Shown here piece by piece: positions 14,074-33,510 of a DNA stretch of 64,000 bases. The translations under genes were made by a program, and so were the position numbers. The number at the start of each line of letters is the position of its first letter. Positions within the stretch are counted from its first letter, which is position 1. The notes beneath the pieces are model-generated. The model was not told where the DNA came from and did not search any database. It saw only the letters and a list, made by a program, of their open reading frames with translations. Origin of the DNA: Tubiluchus corallicola (lineage: Eukaryota > Animalia > Priapulida); NCBI GenBank assembly GCA_030141605.1, contig JAQGDQ010000413.1:124001-188000 (forward strand), given 5' to 3'.

Positions 14074-14830
14074 GTGTCAACACACGACAAATAAAATTCC
14101 ATTAGCAAATCATACTAGCGTAATTTTAGTGGTTTTATTTTTTGACTGCTAAGCTTATTCTAACGTAACATAACGTAACATAAAAACCTTAAAAACAAGC
14201 AAACAGCTTACAACTATTTTTCTATTAAACGGGCTGCTGCATAACATAAGAAAAAATAGGGCTAGTATTGTGTTTAGCCTTATTTAGAACATACTGCTCC
14301 ATTAGTAAATCAGCTCCGCCCACATACAACACGTTCGATAAAAATAAGTTGTCAAGCGAAAGATGCTGCTTTGTTTATAAGTTTTTCTATATTCTTGTGT
14401 ACTCACGTTTTGAGTTTTTTTGTCAAAAAGATTTGTGTTTGTGTGGGCAAGGATGGTTTCTGCTGTCTAGTCACAAAGCTATATTAAGCAATTTGGCGGC
14501 CATCTTGGCACACCTACTGACAAACTGTTATTGTCGTCCATCGTCTCTCCTAGGCAAAGCTGTTTGGTATCTGAATATTTGATTATAGAGATATAATGTT
14601 TTCTACTTTTTGGTGACAATCTTGTATATCTTTTTGATAACACTTTGGTGCGTGTGAAGGTGTTCTGACAGTTGGGGATCAGTTCTGGGTCGAGGAAGTA
14701 TTTACCCAGCTTACGAATATAAAAACCAGACACTTGCATCCACGTAAACGGGCCGGCATATTTAGAGTCACATCGTAATAGCTATTAAATACGTTGTTTA
14801 AATATGTAAAAGAGACAGATACGATGCACA

Positions 14831-15075
<245 letters not shown>

Positions 15076-15737
15076 AGGGCAAAAGGCCAGGCCTCTCTTA
15101 TATAACTCAGATGAACTCACAAATATAATTTTGTTCTAGCTGAAATGACTGCCTAAAGTTTAGACTAGAGTTGAATTAATTAAACAATTGCACGTTAGGA
15201 GTCCTTTACCACACGGAATGTCAGTGACAGGAACCCCGCGTGAATTGTCGTGACTGCTTAAACTTTTGAATCTGCCATTAAACGTGTCAGTACACAAATA
15301 TGTGCATTATTATTAGTAAGAGTGGGAAATTATGGTGCTAATGAAACACATTATGCAAAATTTAGTGTCATTGTTCACTGAATAATGCTCAGTATTCAAG
15401 TTCAACTAATCCATAGGGAACATAAATTAAATTGGAAACTTGCCAAAGTGCAAATATTGAAGCTCGGGTCAAAGCAACAGCTTTTGTTCAATTTATAAGC
15501 TACAATTACAGGCATAGCCTAGGACGATTTGTCCATGCCACAGTTGTACAGTTCCCAAAAGCTAATTTTTAGATAAATTTGTCTACGAACGGTTCTATAA
15601 TGTCATTTTTCTAATTGCCGAAGCACTGATAAAATTACGTGGATATTTTTGATAAGTTTAAATCATTTTTTAATAAAATCACGAGCATGAATATCGTGAA
15701 ATATCAATTTTCATTTCTTTGCATTTTTAACGTGGTT

Positions 15738-16226
15738 TTAAAGAAAACACAGCAATTTTACAGAGCAGAATTTATTTTACCCTATTGTTTAAAATGTGTC
15801 TTTTATTGCCCGTAACAAGAAATTTTTTTTTTGTTATAACTGAAAGCTGTCTTAAGATCATGTGCGAGAGCTAGTGACGACGTGTATAAAAAACTTGGCA
15901 AACTTTAATGTCAGACTCTAAATCCACTGTATTCACGCGTGATTTCGTGAGACTGCCATGACGTCACGACTGGGTTCTACTGATTCGGTTCGGAGGTTTT
16001 TTGCATTGCCTAGATGTGCGTGAGTGAAAGTGTGGAGCAATGATTCTAAAACTGTTATTACAATGAACATAAATTATAAATGATTACCCTACAGATAAGA
16101 ATAATTATAAATAATACTTTTATGTAGAAAACTATTGCTAAACGATTTTTGTTACCTGCAACACTAAGATTTTAGAAACTAGACATTTTGAGCTATAGAC
16201 TAAAACTGGTTACTGCTTTCCTTTAA
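15738..16226. mobile_element. Possible Kolobok-like non-autonomous DNA transposon relic
   Basis: TTAAAGAAAACACAGCAA ... TTACTGCTTTCCTTTAA: imperfect TIRs bounded by TTAA. Confidence 0.3.
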
Positions 16227-16285
16227 TGTAAGCCGAGTGAGTACACTCTACCTTTTTACAGTTTTTATACTTTCTACCATTTTGC

Positions 16286-16460
<175 letters not shown>

Positions 16461-16699
16461 GAGATCATTTAATGCACTTCTGTTCTTGTTTCTCAAATTA
16501 TAAATATACCATTAATCTGGGCAGCACCAACGCAAGATTTTCTTTCTGGTGTTGTCCAGAGGCAAACCAGTAGCCTCAATAAAAATTATATATTTATGTT
16601 TTCTGCGTCAAAATTTGCGTTAATTTAATTTCTGTATAAATTATCATTGTAAACTTGTATGCTCACGGTAAATCTAGCAATAAATTCTAATTCTAATTC

Positions 16700-17100
16700 T
16701 ACCTTGTATGAAATTATTTTATTTATTTCTATCTTTCCTTCTATTCTATCTTTTATATTCTTTCTATCTTTTATATCATCTCATATATGAGCTTCATTCA
16801 TTACATGATTCCATTTTAAGCACTAATGTTTTTTTTATCAAGCGATTCACTTTAAATTTTCAGATTATTTCCATTACTTTTTTTTCTTTCATTGTGTGGG
16901 ACAATCTAACAAGCCCTGCTTTTTGATTGCCCGCAACACATTTACCATCGTATATAGGTGAACAGTGTTTGAGGCTTTTCCTGTGCAAAAACAATAAAAG
17001 CTTATTTGTATTACGTTCATTATAGGCCCTTTCACTATATATTGTATATGAAACTATTGTAAATGTGTAATGTGAAATAAATGACTTATGACTATAACTT
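16700..17100 (+). mobile_element. L2/Crack-type LINE 3' UTR remnant
   Basis: T-rich tract, hairpin GGGACAATC..ACAAGCCCTGCTT..GATTGCCC (16898-16932), then AATAAA and a short repeat tail. Confidence 0.45.
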
Positions 17101-17544
17101 TATTTACATATTACATAAGATATTTATTTGCTTCTTGGGTTTAGCGATCGAAGCTCGTATCCAACATGCATTCACAATGCTCATACACATGTATAGTAAA
17201 TTTGACATTGGTTTTCTATAGGTTTAACATTGAATATCCATGTTCACGCTGCTCTGTTCGTGTCAATGTAAGAAGATATGATGACATCAACAAGTCTTGT
17301 CTCCGCTGTGTTAGCTCACGGAAATGAAATGATGGAAATGTGTCTCCGGTGACAGAGAAGAGAGCAGAAAGAGACGGGTTTCATCTTGACAGAAACACCA
17401 TAATAGACGCTTTTGGTCACAAAGGAGGTGAAGGGCCTTGCTAGGGCAATAGGCTTTACGCTTTTCCAAAGTTTTTTCCTATAAATTTTTTATAAATTTG
17501 AGCAAATTTTAATATTTGTATTTTCATGACATTCCATGTCACTG

Positions 17545-20520
<2,976 letters not shown>

Positions 20521-20852
20521 TACGTGGATGTAAGTGTCTAGTTTTTGATATTCATAAGTTAGCTTTTCAAGTAAATAACTTCGAAATAAAAGATTTTCGC
20601 TTCCAAGGTCATGTCAACTACTAGCAATTTTTCAGTGAATCTGATGTGTTTTGTGACCCTTGAGTATATATGTTTAAATTTGATATTTTATTATTTTTAT
20701 TTTCATTATTATTATTATATTATTATTATTTATTATTATTATATTATTAGATTTCATTATTTTTATTTTTTAATATTTTTATTCTAAGCAGCACAGATAA
20801 AATGTTAAAAAGTTATTATGTTCAGCGCCCAAATTGCAAAAGTGATAAATGT

Positions 20853-21136
<284 letters not shown>

Positions 21137-21319
21137 CATCAGCAATGACGACGACGATGACAGCAATGACAGTATTATTTTTTCAAGTAATATGAAAAAT
21201 GATTTTCATAATTATGCTCATATTCTGGTTGAATATTTTTAGTCACTTTGTAAGATGAATGTGTTCAACACTGAACCGTGAAATAATGACATCAACATGA
21301 GTTGCTTCATTCTCCTATC

Positions 21320-22382
<1,063 letters not shown>

Positions 22383-23115
22383 CAAAAAAATTGTCAAAAG
22401 CAATACGTTGTCATTACATAAATGCTCTCTGAGCAATTCAATTACATCTCTAAACGAAAAACCGTGTTTTATTTTATAATATTGTTCGTAAATTGAGACA
22501 AGTGTCTTGGAAAACAGGCTGTTTACGTACGAGATTGAAGTCGTGCTGACTTGGGAATTCAGTTTAACTTTGTGAGTCGCAAGGCTTAAAACCTTGTCAA
22601 ACACAAAGTATTGTTTATGTTGAGTGAATTGAAAAGAGGACCAGTCACAGACGGATAAAGGCTCTGCAAACACTGGTTCAATTTAACGTGTAAACTGGGC
22701 ATTGTTCGAGCGCGTTGAAACGTATGTACGAAGAAAATTAACAACGGCCTAAGTGAGGCCAGAGAGGTGTAGGACATCTACCCTGCGGGGCGCATCGTCC
22801 CTTCAAACTAACCTCGTAAATATATGCGCTTGTTATTCTCCATATGTCAGCGCGTATGGCTTTTGTCAAATTCGGCTTGGACTTGGGTGGAAAAATAATT
22901 CATGTGCCGCTGCCTAGGGCCAGCGCTTTTTTCAGCAGAGTAGCAAACGCTGCTGCTGCTGCTGCTGCTTAGCATCCCAAGCCTGCATAGAGCTACTACC
23001 TGCGTCTCTCTCTCCCTCCATCTTTTTATTATAACTGAAAAGGTTCGTTCACATGGAAACTATAATACATTCAGGCCAAAATTTGAATGTTCAACAAAAG
23101 TCAAAAACTGAACAC

Positions 23116-23337
23116 GGCCAGACGGTCGTAGTAACGCGTCCGCTTTCGGTCTGAGAGGTCGTGAGTTCGATACAGCGGTTGAGTCATATCAAAGACTAAA
23201 AATGTTACCTGTTGTTGCTCTGCCTAGGGTAGAAGTGGGGGTAATAATAGTCTCTGTTGTGTACTGGTAGTTGTAAGTTGTTATTTACAGTCGGCGATAA
23301 TAGCTCTTTGGGCTAATATTAATTGTTCACCCAAAAC
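23116..23337 (+). mobile_element. tRNA-derived SINE (MetaSINE-like), copy 1, 3'-truncated
   Basis: tRNA-like head with B box GAGTTCGATAC, then GTCATATCAAAGACTAAAAATGTTACC (Meta-domain-like); homologous to 60937-61167. Confidence 0.75.
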
Positions 23338-23812
23338 TTCGCGTTCACGCCACTAGTTCTTCGCTGTTACATGCATTTCGCCATTCGCTAGCTAGACTGG
23401 CACTAGCTCCTGCATTTCGGAAACGCTTTGCACAAAAAACAGGTGCTGTACCTTTCACTTCAAATGTCATGGTTTGTGACGAACTACACACGTTCGAGAA
23501 CTCATGCGTGAGCACAGCGGTAAATTTGAAATTTGAATTTTTATCTTAAAACCTATCTAGTTTTAGTACAACACAGCACTGCATTTCAATTTTCGCTTTC
23601 GCAAACACGTTATGCTAGAACAAAAAATATGTTCGTTTGTGATGTTATCAATAATTGGGCTCGCCCGCCATTAATTAGTCTAATGTTTAATCAAATTTTT
23701 AATCTAATATTTAATTAACAGAAATGCGTTTGCAGTATTAATTGTTAATTGTATACTTTTTATCGGACTTGAAAATGAGACAGTATATGAAAAATTATCC
23801 TGCATTCCTTTA
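23338..23812 (+). mobile_element. Kolobok-like non-autonomous DNA transposon, copy 1 (left end missing)
   Basis: Aligns with 26330-26826; both end ...ATCCTG...TTCCTTTAA. Confidence 0.6.
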
Positions 23813-24341
23813 AAATCTAATTAAATTTTTAACGTGGTTAAATAGTTTTGTTTACTCAACTTGTACAAATTTGTACAAATTTCTTTGTGCTTTGACGATG
23901 GTTTTTGCTTTTGCAATGAATGAGGACTGCCGCATAAATGGGATTTATTTTTTATGTTTATTAATTAATTAATAAATTAATTAATTAATGTAATTTCCTC
24001 ATTTTTTGATACACAAATAAAAATGATGTCCATTAGTTTTGTGAAGGAAAAAGACGCCATGTATAACGGTCTCTTTTTCACTCAATGGCGTGTCTCAAAA
24101 TCTCCACTGAAATTAGATGCACATTAACTGATTTTCACCCAGCTATCGGTTGCTCATTAATAAAACATTGTAAGATCACTGAATGACACACGGACACAAT
24201 AGCTACTGTCTGTACTGTGTGTATAGAGCAACTGTAATTATTTTTTAAGTGCACTGCGCTGCAAAAAATAAGCAGTTATAATGAATTTTGCAGTTAAACA
24301 TTTGCCTGGTAATCATGATAAATTACCTCAGTATTAGCTCA

Positions 24342-24375
<34 letters not shown>

Positions 24376-24428
24376 GTATCTATCTATCTGTCTGTCTGTC
24401 TGCCTATCTATGTATCTATCTCTATCTA

Positions 24429-24476
<48 letters not shown>

Positions 24477-24617
24477 CCTACCTACCTACCTACCTACCTA
24501 CCTACCTACCTACCTACCTACCTACCTACCTACCTACCTATCTATCTATCTGTCTATCTATCTGTCTGTCTATCTATCTATCTATCTATCTACCTACCTA
24601 CCTACCTACCTACCTAC

Positions 24618-24712
<95 letters not shown>

Positions 24713-24763
24713 CTAAACAAACTATATCTATCTATCTATCTACCTATCTATCTATCTATCTAC

Positions 24764-24809
<46 letters not shown>

Positions 24810-24810
24810 C

Positions 24811-24871
<61 letters not shown>

Positions 24872-24909
24872 CATCTATCTATCTATCCATCCATCCATCT
24901 ATCTATCTA
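24342..24909. repeat. Compound (TCTG)n/(TCTA)n/(CCTA)n microsatellite
   Basis: Direct observation. Confidence 0.97.
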
Positions 24910-25699
24910 ATATTCAGACAACGTATTGCGCGCTGAATTGCCGTTGTCGTGTTGTAGTTGTCGCCGTAAAAAGTGCCGGTGACTGCACCAATGGTGATAT
25001 CATGTATGCAACACACAATAGTTAATTTTTGCTAAGAATTTGGTGGCGATTAAACTGCTTCAAACAACCCTAGTCTTCAGACATTTTCAACTTTTGAATT
25101 GCATTCCTTCAGTAATGACACTTTTTCATAAATTCAATTATTCTGGCGTAAATCCGTCCTGAAAGAGAAACGCCTCCTCCAAGCCTCTACTCTAAGTGGC
25201 GCTCGACACTTCATTAGGTAATTGGCCCAAATCATGGGTTTCTTTAACCGCTTAGCCTGTGGGCAAGCACCGTAATTATAGCAGAGTAGAATTCTTCTTT
25301 TATACCTAGCCCTAGCTGATTCTCCCTAACTATTATGGTAAGCATTTTTAATACCTGCTTTGGGTATAATTATAAGCGTTAGGTTGGCAATTACGTTTTA
25401 GTAAATCATACACATGGTGCTCTTGTTAATCAGTGCTTCTTGATTAAGAGAAAATTACTGACTGGGTTCGGGTAAAGTTATAGGACACTGAAAATACCCA
25501 CGGGCTAAAATTGCTCGAAGTTTGTAGGGCGTTAACGCTTTTAATTACAGTAATGTTTATAATTGAGAATATAGTCGAATTACTTAGTAAAGACTTAGTG
25601 TTCTAGACTATAAGTTTCCTCAGTGAATGTATTAATATCGTTCTGAATATCCGACATACGAACACGATGATGCTTACTCAAATCATAATTTCATTTTTC

Positions 25700-25988
<289 letters not shown>

Positions 25989-26261
25989 CGAAACGTTTTT
26001 ATGTTGTGTAGAGTTACCTTGTGAAGTATATATATAATATATATATGTGAAGTTTATATAATATTCATTACAACAGTCGGTTAGTTTTATTAACTATTAC
26101 TAATCAAGTCATTAAAACTGATTTTATTGTTTATAGTTATCGTTTAAAATACCTGAGGTCAATCCGTGCTGCCTGCTACAAGTTAGAACTAGAGGCATTT
26201 TATATTTAAGGCAAAACCGGAGGTCAAACTGCAGATCAAAACAATCTACTCTTTAAAATAT

Positions 26262-26826
26262 TGAAAGGAAACATACTATTTTTTTTTCAAAAATGACTTA
26301 CATGAAAGAATTATTACCACACAAACACAATTTCATGTTGGCGCCACTAGTTCTTCAGTGTTACTCGCGTTTCACCATTCGCTAGTTAGACGGGCACCAG
26401 CAACCTGCATTTCAGAAACGTTTTGCGCAAAAACAGGTGCTGTACCTCTCAGTTCAGATGTGTTAGATTGTGACGAACTGCACACGTTCGACAGCTCATG
26501 CGTGAGCACAGCAGTAAATTTAAAATTTGAATATTTATTTTAAAACTTGCCTAGTTTTAGTACAACACACTGAATATCTTACAATAGCACCGTGCTTCCG
26601 TTTTCGCTTTCACAAACACGTACAACACGCTCGCGGAATATTTTTGCTGTTGGAATTATGTTCGTTTGTGATGTCATCAATAGCTGGGCTCGCCCTTCGT
26701 TAATTAAGTTTTTAATCTATTATTTAATCATCATAACGCTTTTGCGGTATTAATTGTGTTAAAACATATAGTTTTTTCGGACTTGAAAATGGGCTAGCAT
26801 ATGAAAAATCATCCTGTCTTCCTTTA
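26262..26826 (+). mobile_element. Kolobok-like non-autonomous DNA transposon, copy 2
   Basis: Homologous to 23338-23812; left end TGAAAGGAAACA, right end TGTCTTCCTTTAA. Confidence 0.6.
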
Positions 26827-26849
26827 AGAGATATCACAATATATAAGTT

Positions 26850-27110
26850 TATAAGTTTATTTATTTCCACTCTGCATCTAACAGTTATAATAAAAAATAC
26901 AGATAATTTCACTGAAGCAAATATAAATATAAATGCAACATTATCCAGAAATTACAAAAGAGATTCTTATGCAGCATATACATGTGCAAATTACATTACA
27001 GAATAATTTTGATGCATACAGTTTGAGCCTAAAAGCATAGCTTGACAGGCCAAACGGTACGTGGAAATCTTAGAGAAGTGATTAATAATTGAAATAATAA
27101 TAATAATATA
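26850..27110 (-). mobile_element. L2/Crack-type 3' UTR remnant
   Basis: Minus-strand hairpin GGCCTGTCAAGCTATGCTTTTAGGCTC (27026-27052), followed downstream by AATAAATAAA. Confidence 0.4.
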
Positions 27111-27842
27111 TACATAAAAGTGTACATACGTATGTACAAATGTATATATATATATGTACATACGTATGTACAAATCATATACGATATTTTAGAATAAACT
27201 GCTACATAAACTTTAATAAATTTAACGAGGAAATTTACACAGCTACATATTTCTAACACCAACTCACGTAGGTATAATATAATCAGTGAAACTCGTGCAG
27301 CTTACGATGGGTTCACTGATGGCCATACAAATTAAACAACAAAACGATTAAGCATCTTAACCAATTTTAATCTCAAAAATCTTCAAGAATTCTTAAATCC
27401 AGTTGCAGAAATGAAGTCAATAGGACACAGAATTGAACGCGCGTATTACCAGAACTTGAGTTAATTAAAATCATTCGGTAGCTGTACGATCAAATTAAAT
27501 ACCTTTTGTCCAATTACAATGTCATAATTTGACAGCGTCGTCACACTTTCTTTTGATCGTATAAAGCCGCCATTCTCGGTGCCTTTGATATAAGTCGAAT
27601 TGAAATCTAAACCCCGGACTCGTGCTCCGCCTTTTTGCTGAGAGGAGAGGTGCCGCATACTTTTCTAATTGGACGAAGCATGGCAATGGTATGCCAAACG
27701 AGTGGTTGTTAGCAACGTTTTAATTAGTCCTGTTTGTGGCTGAAATTCAAATTTAGCGCAGTGAAAGGTTGCCGATGCGTCATTCACACCGAGGTCTTTC
27801 AGCACTCTTCTCTTTGCGAATCTTATTAAGCACAAGTTTATG

Positions 27843-27932
27843 TCGTTGCTGCTGCTGCTGTTTTTGCTGCTGTTGTTGCTGTTGTTGTTGTTGCTGATGT
27901 TGTTGTTGTGTTGTTGTTGTTGCTGCTGTTGT

Positions 27933-27970
<38 letters not shown>

Positions 27971-27993
27971 CTGCTGCTACTATTGTTGTTGTT

Positions 27994-28080
<87 letters not shown>

Positions 28081-28160
28081 ACTATTGTTGTTGTTATTGT
28101 TGTTGTTGTTGTTGTTCCTGTTGTTGTTGTTGTTGTTGTTGTTGTTATTGTTGCTCTTGC

Positions 28161-28200
<40 letters not shown>

Positions 28201-28370
28201 GCTGTTGCTGTTTTTGTTATTGTTGCTGTTGTTGTTGTTGCTGTTGTTGTTATTGTTGCTGTTGTTGTTGCTGCTGCTGTCGCTGCTGTTGTTGCTGCTC
28301 CTAATACTGTTGTTGTTGTTGCTGCTGCTGTTGCTGTTGTTGTTGTTATTGCTGCTGCTGTTGTTGTTAT
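27843..28370. repeat. (GTT)n/(GCT)n compound microsatellite
   Basis: Direct observation. Confidence 0.96.
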
Positions 28371-29601
28371 TCACGCTTTTAATCTCTCTGATGCTGATTT
28401 ATCCATGTTCGCCGTTAACTATATTAGTATTGCAAAGTTATTTTATATACCAGTTAAATACAATTTGTAAAATGTTGGTGACTTTTGGTAATTTTAGATA
28501 TATTGTAATTGAAGCGCAGGTTATTGTGCAATACCTTTGTGTGAAAACGAAATTTGTACATGAAAGAATTTCATAGACGAAATTAAGGAATAAATGAATG
28601 AATGAGTAAATGAATAAACGAACGCGGAAACAAGCAAACCAAACAAGCAACCAAGAAAACAAACAAACAAGCAACAAGTCTTAAAACATAGGTCTCATGT
28701 GTGTATATGTGCATTTGTTTTTCAAGCACTTTTATATAAGTTTTTGCTTTGCAGCCTAAATTGCAACTTCCACGAATCATGTGTTCAGACAGAAAAAAAT
28801 TGCCAAATTTGAAATGACTTAATCAAACTGGATCAGCAACAGCAATAAAATGAGGCATTTAACAAACATATTATTTTACAAAATTATAGTTAATAAAATG
28901 AGAAAGAAGCCTTGATTCATTTTTCTACTAACTGTCAAAAAGACGAAATTATATTATATAAGATGCATTGCTATTATCAGGAGGAATCAATAACAGCTTC
29001 CCTGCCAATAAATTCAAGGCTCCTAAACGCCTTCATTTAACCTTTCAAATTTCATTTCCATTTTATTTTAATGACAAACGCTCAGACGAGCACTTTAGTG
29101 TCAAATCAGCTGCCAGTATTTGCAGAAATGCTGCAAGGATATGTCTATTGACACTGTAATACTTAAGCCACGACCAAACTCATTGTTACTACATAAAATA
29201 TTTAATAACTCCTGATGGCCCATTCTCTCCACTGATTGCTCCCTGGCAGTAATCGTTGCCTGTAAGTGGTCTACTCAGCACTCTAATACTGCTGAATCCT
29301 GACACATTTCATAACAATAATTTCATGCTATGGAGTCGTTACTAATGGATATCGATCCAGCCAATAGGTATTTAATATGAGCTCATTATGCTTAAATCAA
29401 GGGCCATATCGTGTATATGAATTATTGAAGGGTGGGGGATTAGTCGACCCCTGCAGCAGCTCAGTCTCACGAGAGGAAAATGAGGGCGCCTATAAAGGAA
29501 GCCAGTATTTCCCATAAAATCAGACGAAGAGAAAGGTCTTCGATTCTTTTTTTATACAGTACGGCTACTAAAACCAGATTTTGATGTTTGTATGTTTGTA
29601 G

Positions 29602-29770
<169 letters not shown>

Positions 29771-30034
29771 GAGAAAGACCGAATTGAAAGGTGGTAAAAA
29801 GGGAACAAGACTGGTCCAAATTCCGCGCGTACCGCCCTGACTGTGTTTACACTTAATGATAGTCCTACCTGACTGAGAGTAGGTGTAGATTACTGTCCCA
29901 CTATATCTAAATACTTGTGAAAAAATTGAACTTCACTCAAAGTCCTAGGAGAAGTTGAATGGCACTCGAAGAAGTGACCGGTGTCAAGTGTCCTTGACTC
30001 TTTCGCCGAGGTCACCGCTCCCCTTCATCACTTT

Positions 30035-30271
30035 CAAGGCTCCTACCCCAACAAGGCTCCTACCACAACAAGGCTCCTACCCCAACAAGGCTCCTACCCC
30101 AGCAAGGCTCCTACCCCAACAAGGCTCCTACCACAACAAGGCTCCTACCCCAACAAGGCTCCTACCACAACAAGGCTCCTACCACAACAAGGCTCCTACC
30201 CCAACAAGGCTCCTACCACAACAAGGCTCCTACCCCACAAGGCTCCTACCACACAAGGCTCCTACCCCAAC
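30035..30271. repeat. 17-bp minisatellite AAGGCTCCTACC(C/A)CAAC, ~14 copies
   Basis: Direct observation. Confidence 0.95.
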
Positions 30272-32257
30272 TATCTGTCACGTAAGTTTCGTGACTCCCC
30301 AACCCTTTGCGTTTGGGAGTTAACGTGATTTAAAAATTGGAAGACTGGACGTCTAACATAATATAATGATGATAATGAAAAAAGGTGATGATCAACGTTC
30401 AGAAATAAATAAATTTAAATCTAATCTAATCTAACGTATATAATGGGTTCCCATAGATACGAGACGCTAGAACTCATGGATGAAATAGAGATGAAGAGTA
30501 AAGCAAAAGTGGAAAAGACGAAACAAAATCTCTAGCAAATTTAAAGCAAAAACGTAAGAAACTAGAACACTTTTTCACTAGTAAAGTAAATAAAGCGATG
30601 TTTAAAATTTCCCGGCACCTTCCTCCTGGTTTCCTGCCCACAGAACTCCATCAAGAAATATCTAATGCTTCTAGATTGTTTGCTCTCTTCTAGAAAATTA
30701 TGTCCTACCCAAAAAACCGTAACACCTTATTTACTGTTTCGTCATTCCGACATAATTACACATGTATGTTGATATTCAGTTTGTACGTCATCTACAAATC
30801 CACACATCTACATGGAACGTCACGTAGGACAATGAACAATGAACAATGAACAATGATACATGAACGACAATTTTCTCAGTTTCTAAAAGGGAAATTGGAG
30901 ACAAAGCTGCTTTCTTTCAAAAACAGAAACACTTCTTATTACACACGTGTAGTACGAACTCGGTCTAATGAAATTAACCTTTTTCTCTCAGAAATAGGAG
31001 GCCCCAGAGATATTAAAGTCCGCTGAATTGATGCACATTCTCCATCGTGACCTACATAGAGATCTATGTACATAGGTCTTATGACTTCAGGCCTTTGTAC
31101 ACAACTCGTGATGAGTTCGAGTGGAAGGTGTTATTAAAATATTCCTTAATGCATCGTAGGTCTTGTGCTTAGTGCTTCATTCTAACGTTTGATCTTGAAA
31201 GCGTTTTTAAAGTACGTCACAGCAAGTGCAGTACACACTGATCTGCCTGCAAAGTAAGGTGCACAAACGATGACTGCTTTGGCGACCGAAGTTAAGCAAC
31301 GCCAGATCTGATCAGTAAGTGAAGGTGAAAGCTAAGAAAACTGTTAATGAAACTGAATGAATAAACAAATAAATTAACAAACAAATAATTGTCTTTAAAG
31401 ATTATTCTTGGCAATTAACTACGTTCTGGTCCTGCCATAATCATCTAAATTATAGTGGTTTCTGATGTTGGCTTACAGTGTTCTAAAGTATCTTTACTTT
31501 AATCTTTAACTAAATTACAGACAGTATAAATTCTAGAAAACATATAGATAGTATAGATAGAAAGTATAGATAGTATACTTCAATTATAAAAACCCTTTTA
31601 GGGGGAAGTATCCAATATCCTTGTTTAGTGTTTACCCAAAAGCACACATGGAAGTCCGATAAACTTTTTGTCATTATATCAGATAATATCTGTTACCAAT
31701 TTCAGTTCATTGGACTAGTAACTGAATCTTCGTGGTTAACAATAACTGCATGGTCAAATAACTGAATGGTAGAAGGTTTAGCTAAGGTTTCCGTTATAGC
31801 AAGTGGATGGTCTCTACATCTTGCTACTGCTAGACCAAGAGACAATGCAGAAATGTGCAAACCAGGAGGCATATCTACTCATAGAGTACCTTTCCGTCAT
31901 TCACCAACTTTGCACATTGGCAGACATCAGACTGGTAAATGGTAACAACAAGCGTCCGCTACTTGACAGAAGGATTCTGGACTGTAGATATACCGCAGTC
32001 ATAGTGAAAGATTTAGAAAATAGTTGAACTTACACATTAAAAGCTGCTGTACCATTTTGTAACGAGGATTTGGCTCCTACTGTATTACATTAATTGCTAC
32101 ATCCCTTGGTCGGGACTTGAGTTTTTAGCTATTTGGATATAACCTTTCTAATTGTCTAACTATTTCCACACAGTGATAAATATTGTATTAATTATTTCAA
32201 TATTTTAAACTTTATTCACACATTAAAAAGTACATAGCATTACACAAAAATATTAAA

Positions 32258-33510
32258 ACACTCAACTGTACTATAAAATTACAATAAAAACTACTAAACT
32301 ATTTACATATATACAGTTCTACACTCAACTGTACTATAAAAATACAATAGAAACTACTAAAATATTTACATATATACTGTACTGCACTCAACTGTACTAT
32401 AAAAGTACAATAGAAACTACTAAAATATTTATATACATACTGTACTACACTCAACTGTACTATAAAATTACAATAGAAACTACTAAAATATTTACATATA
32501 TACTGTACTACACTCAACTGTACTATAAAATTACAATAGAAACTACTAAAATATTTACATATATACTGTACTACACTCAACTGTACTATAAAATTACAAT
32601 AGAAACTACTAAAATATTTACATATATACTGTACTACACTCAACTGTACTATAAAATTACAATAGAAACTACTAAAATATTTACATATATACTATACTAC
32701 ACTCAACTGTACTGTAAAATTACAATAGAAACTAGTAAAATATTTACATATATACTGTACTACAGTCAACTGTACTATAAAATTACAATAGAAACTACTA
32801 AAATATTTACATATATACTGTACTACACTCAACTGTACTATAAAATTACAATAGAAACTACTAAAATATTTACGTATATACTGTACTGCACTCAACTGTA
32901 CTATAAAATTACAATAGAAACTACTAAAATATTTACATACATACTGTACTGCACTCAACTGTACTGTAAAATTACAATAGAAACTAGTAAAATATTTACA
33001 TATATACTGTACTGCACTCAACTGTACTATAAAATTACAATAGAAACTACTAAAATATTTGCATACATTCTGTACTGCACTCAACTGTACTATAGAATTA
33101 CAATGGAAACTGCTAAAATATTTGCATATATACTGTACTACACTCAACTGTACTATAAAATTACAATAGAAACTAGTAAAATATTTGCATATATACTGTA
33201 CTACACTCAACTGTACTATAAAATTACAATAGAAACTAGTAAAATATTTACATATATACTATACTACACTCAACTGTACTATAAAATTACAATAGAAACT
33301 AGTAAAATATTTACATATATACTGTACTACACACAACTGTACTGTAAAATTACAAAAGAAACTAGTAAAATATTTGCATATATACTGTACTACACTCAAC
33401 TGTACTATAAAATTACAAAAGAAACTAGTAAAATATTTACATATATACTGTACTACACACAACTGTACTGTAAAATTACAAAAGAAACTAGTAAAATATT
33501 TGCATATATA
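32258..33510. repeat. 63-bp minisatellite, ~20 copies
   Basis: Unit ACTCAACTGTACTATAAAATTACAATAGAAACTACTAAAATATTTACATATATACTGTACTAC; explains the 21-aa periodic ORFs. Confidence 0.97.

Noticed and set aside
31803-32110. 74-aa ORF and minus-strand splice-like motifs
   Set aside because: No homology recognised; frames close quickly.
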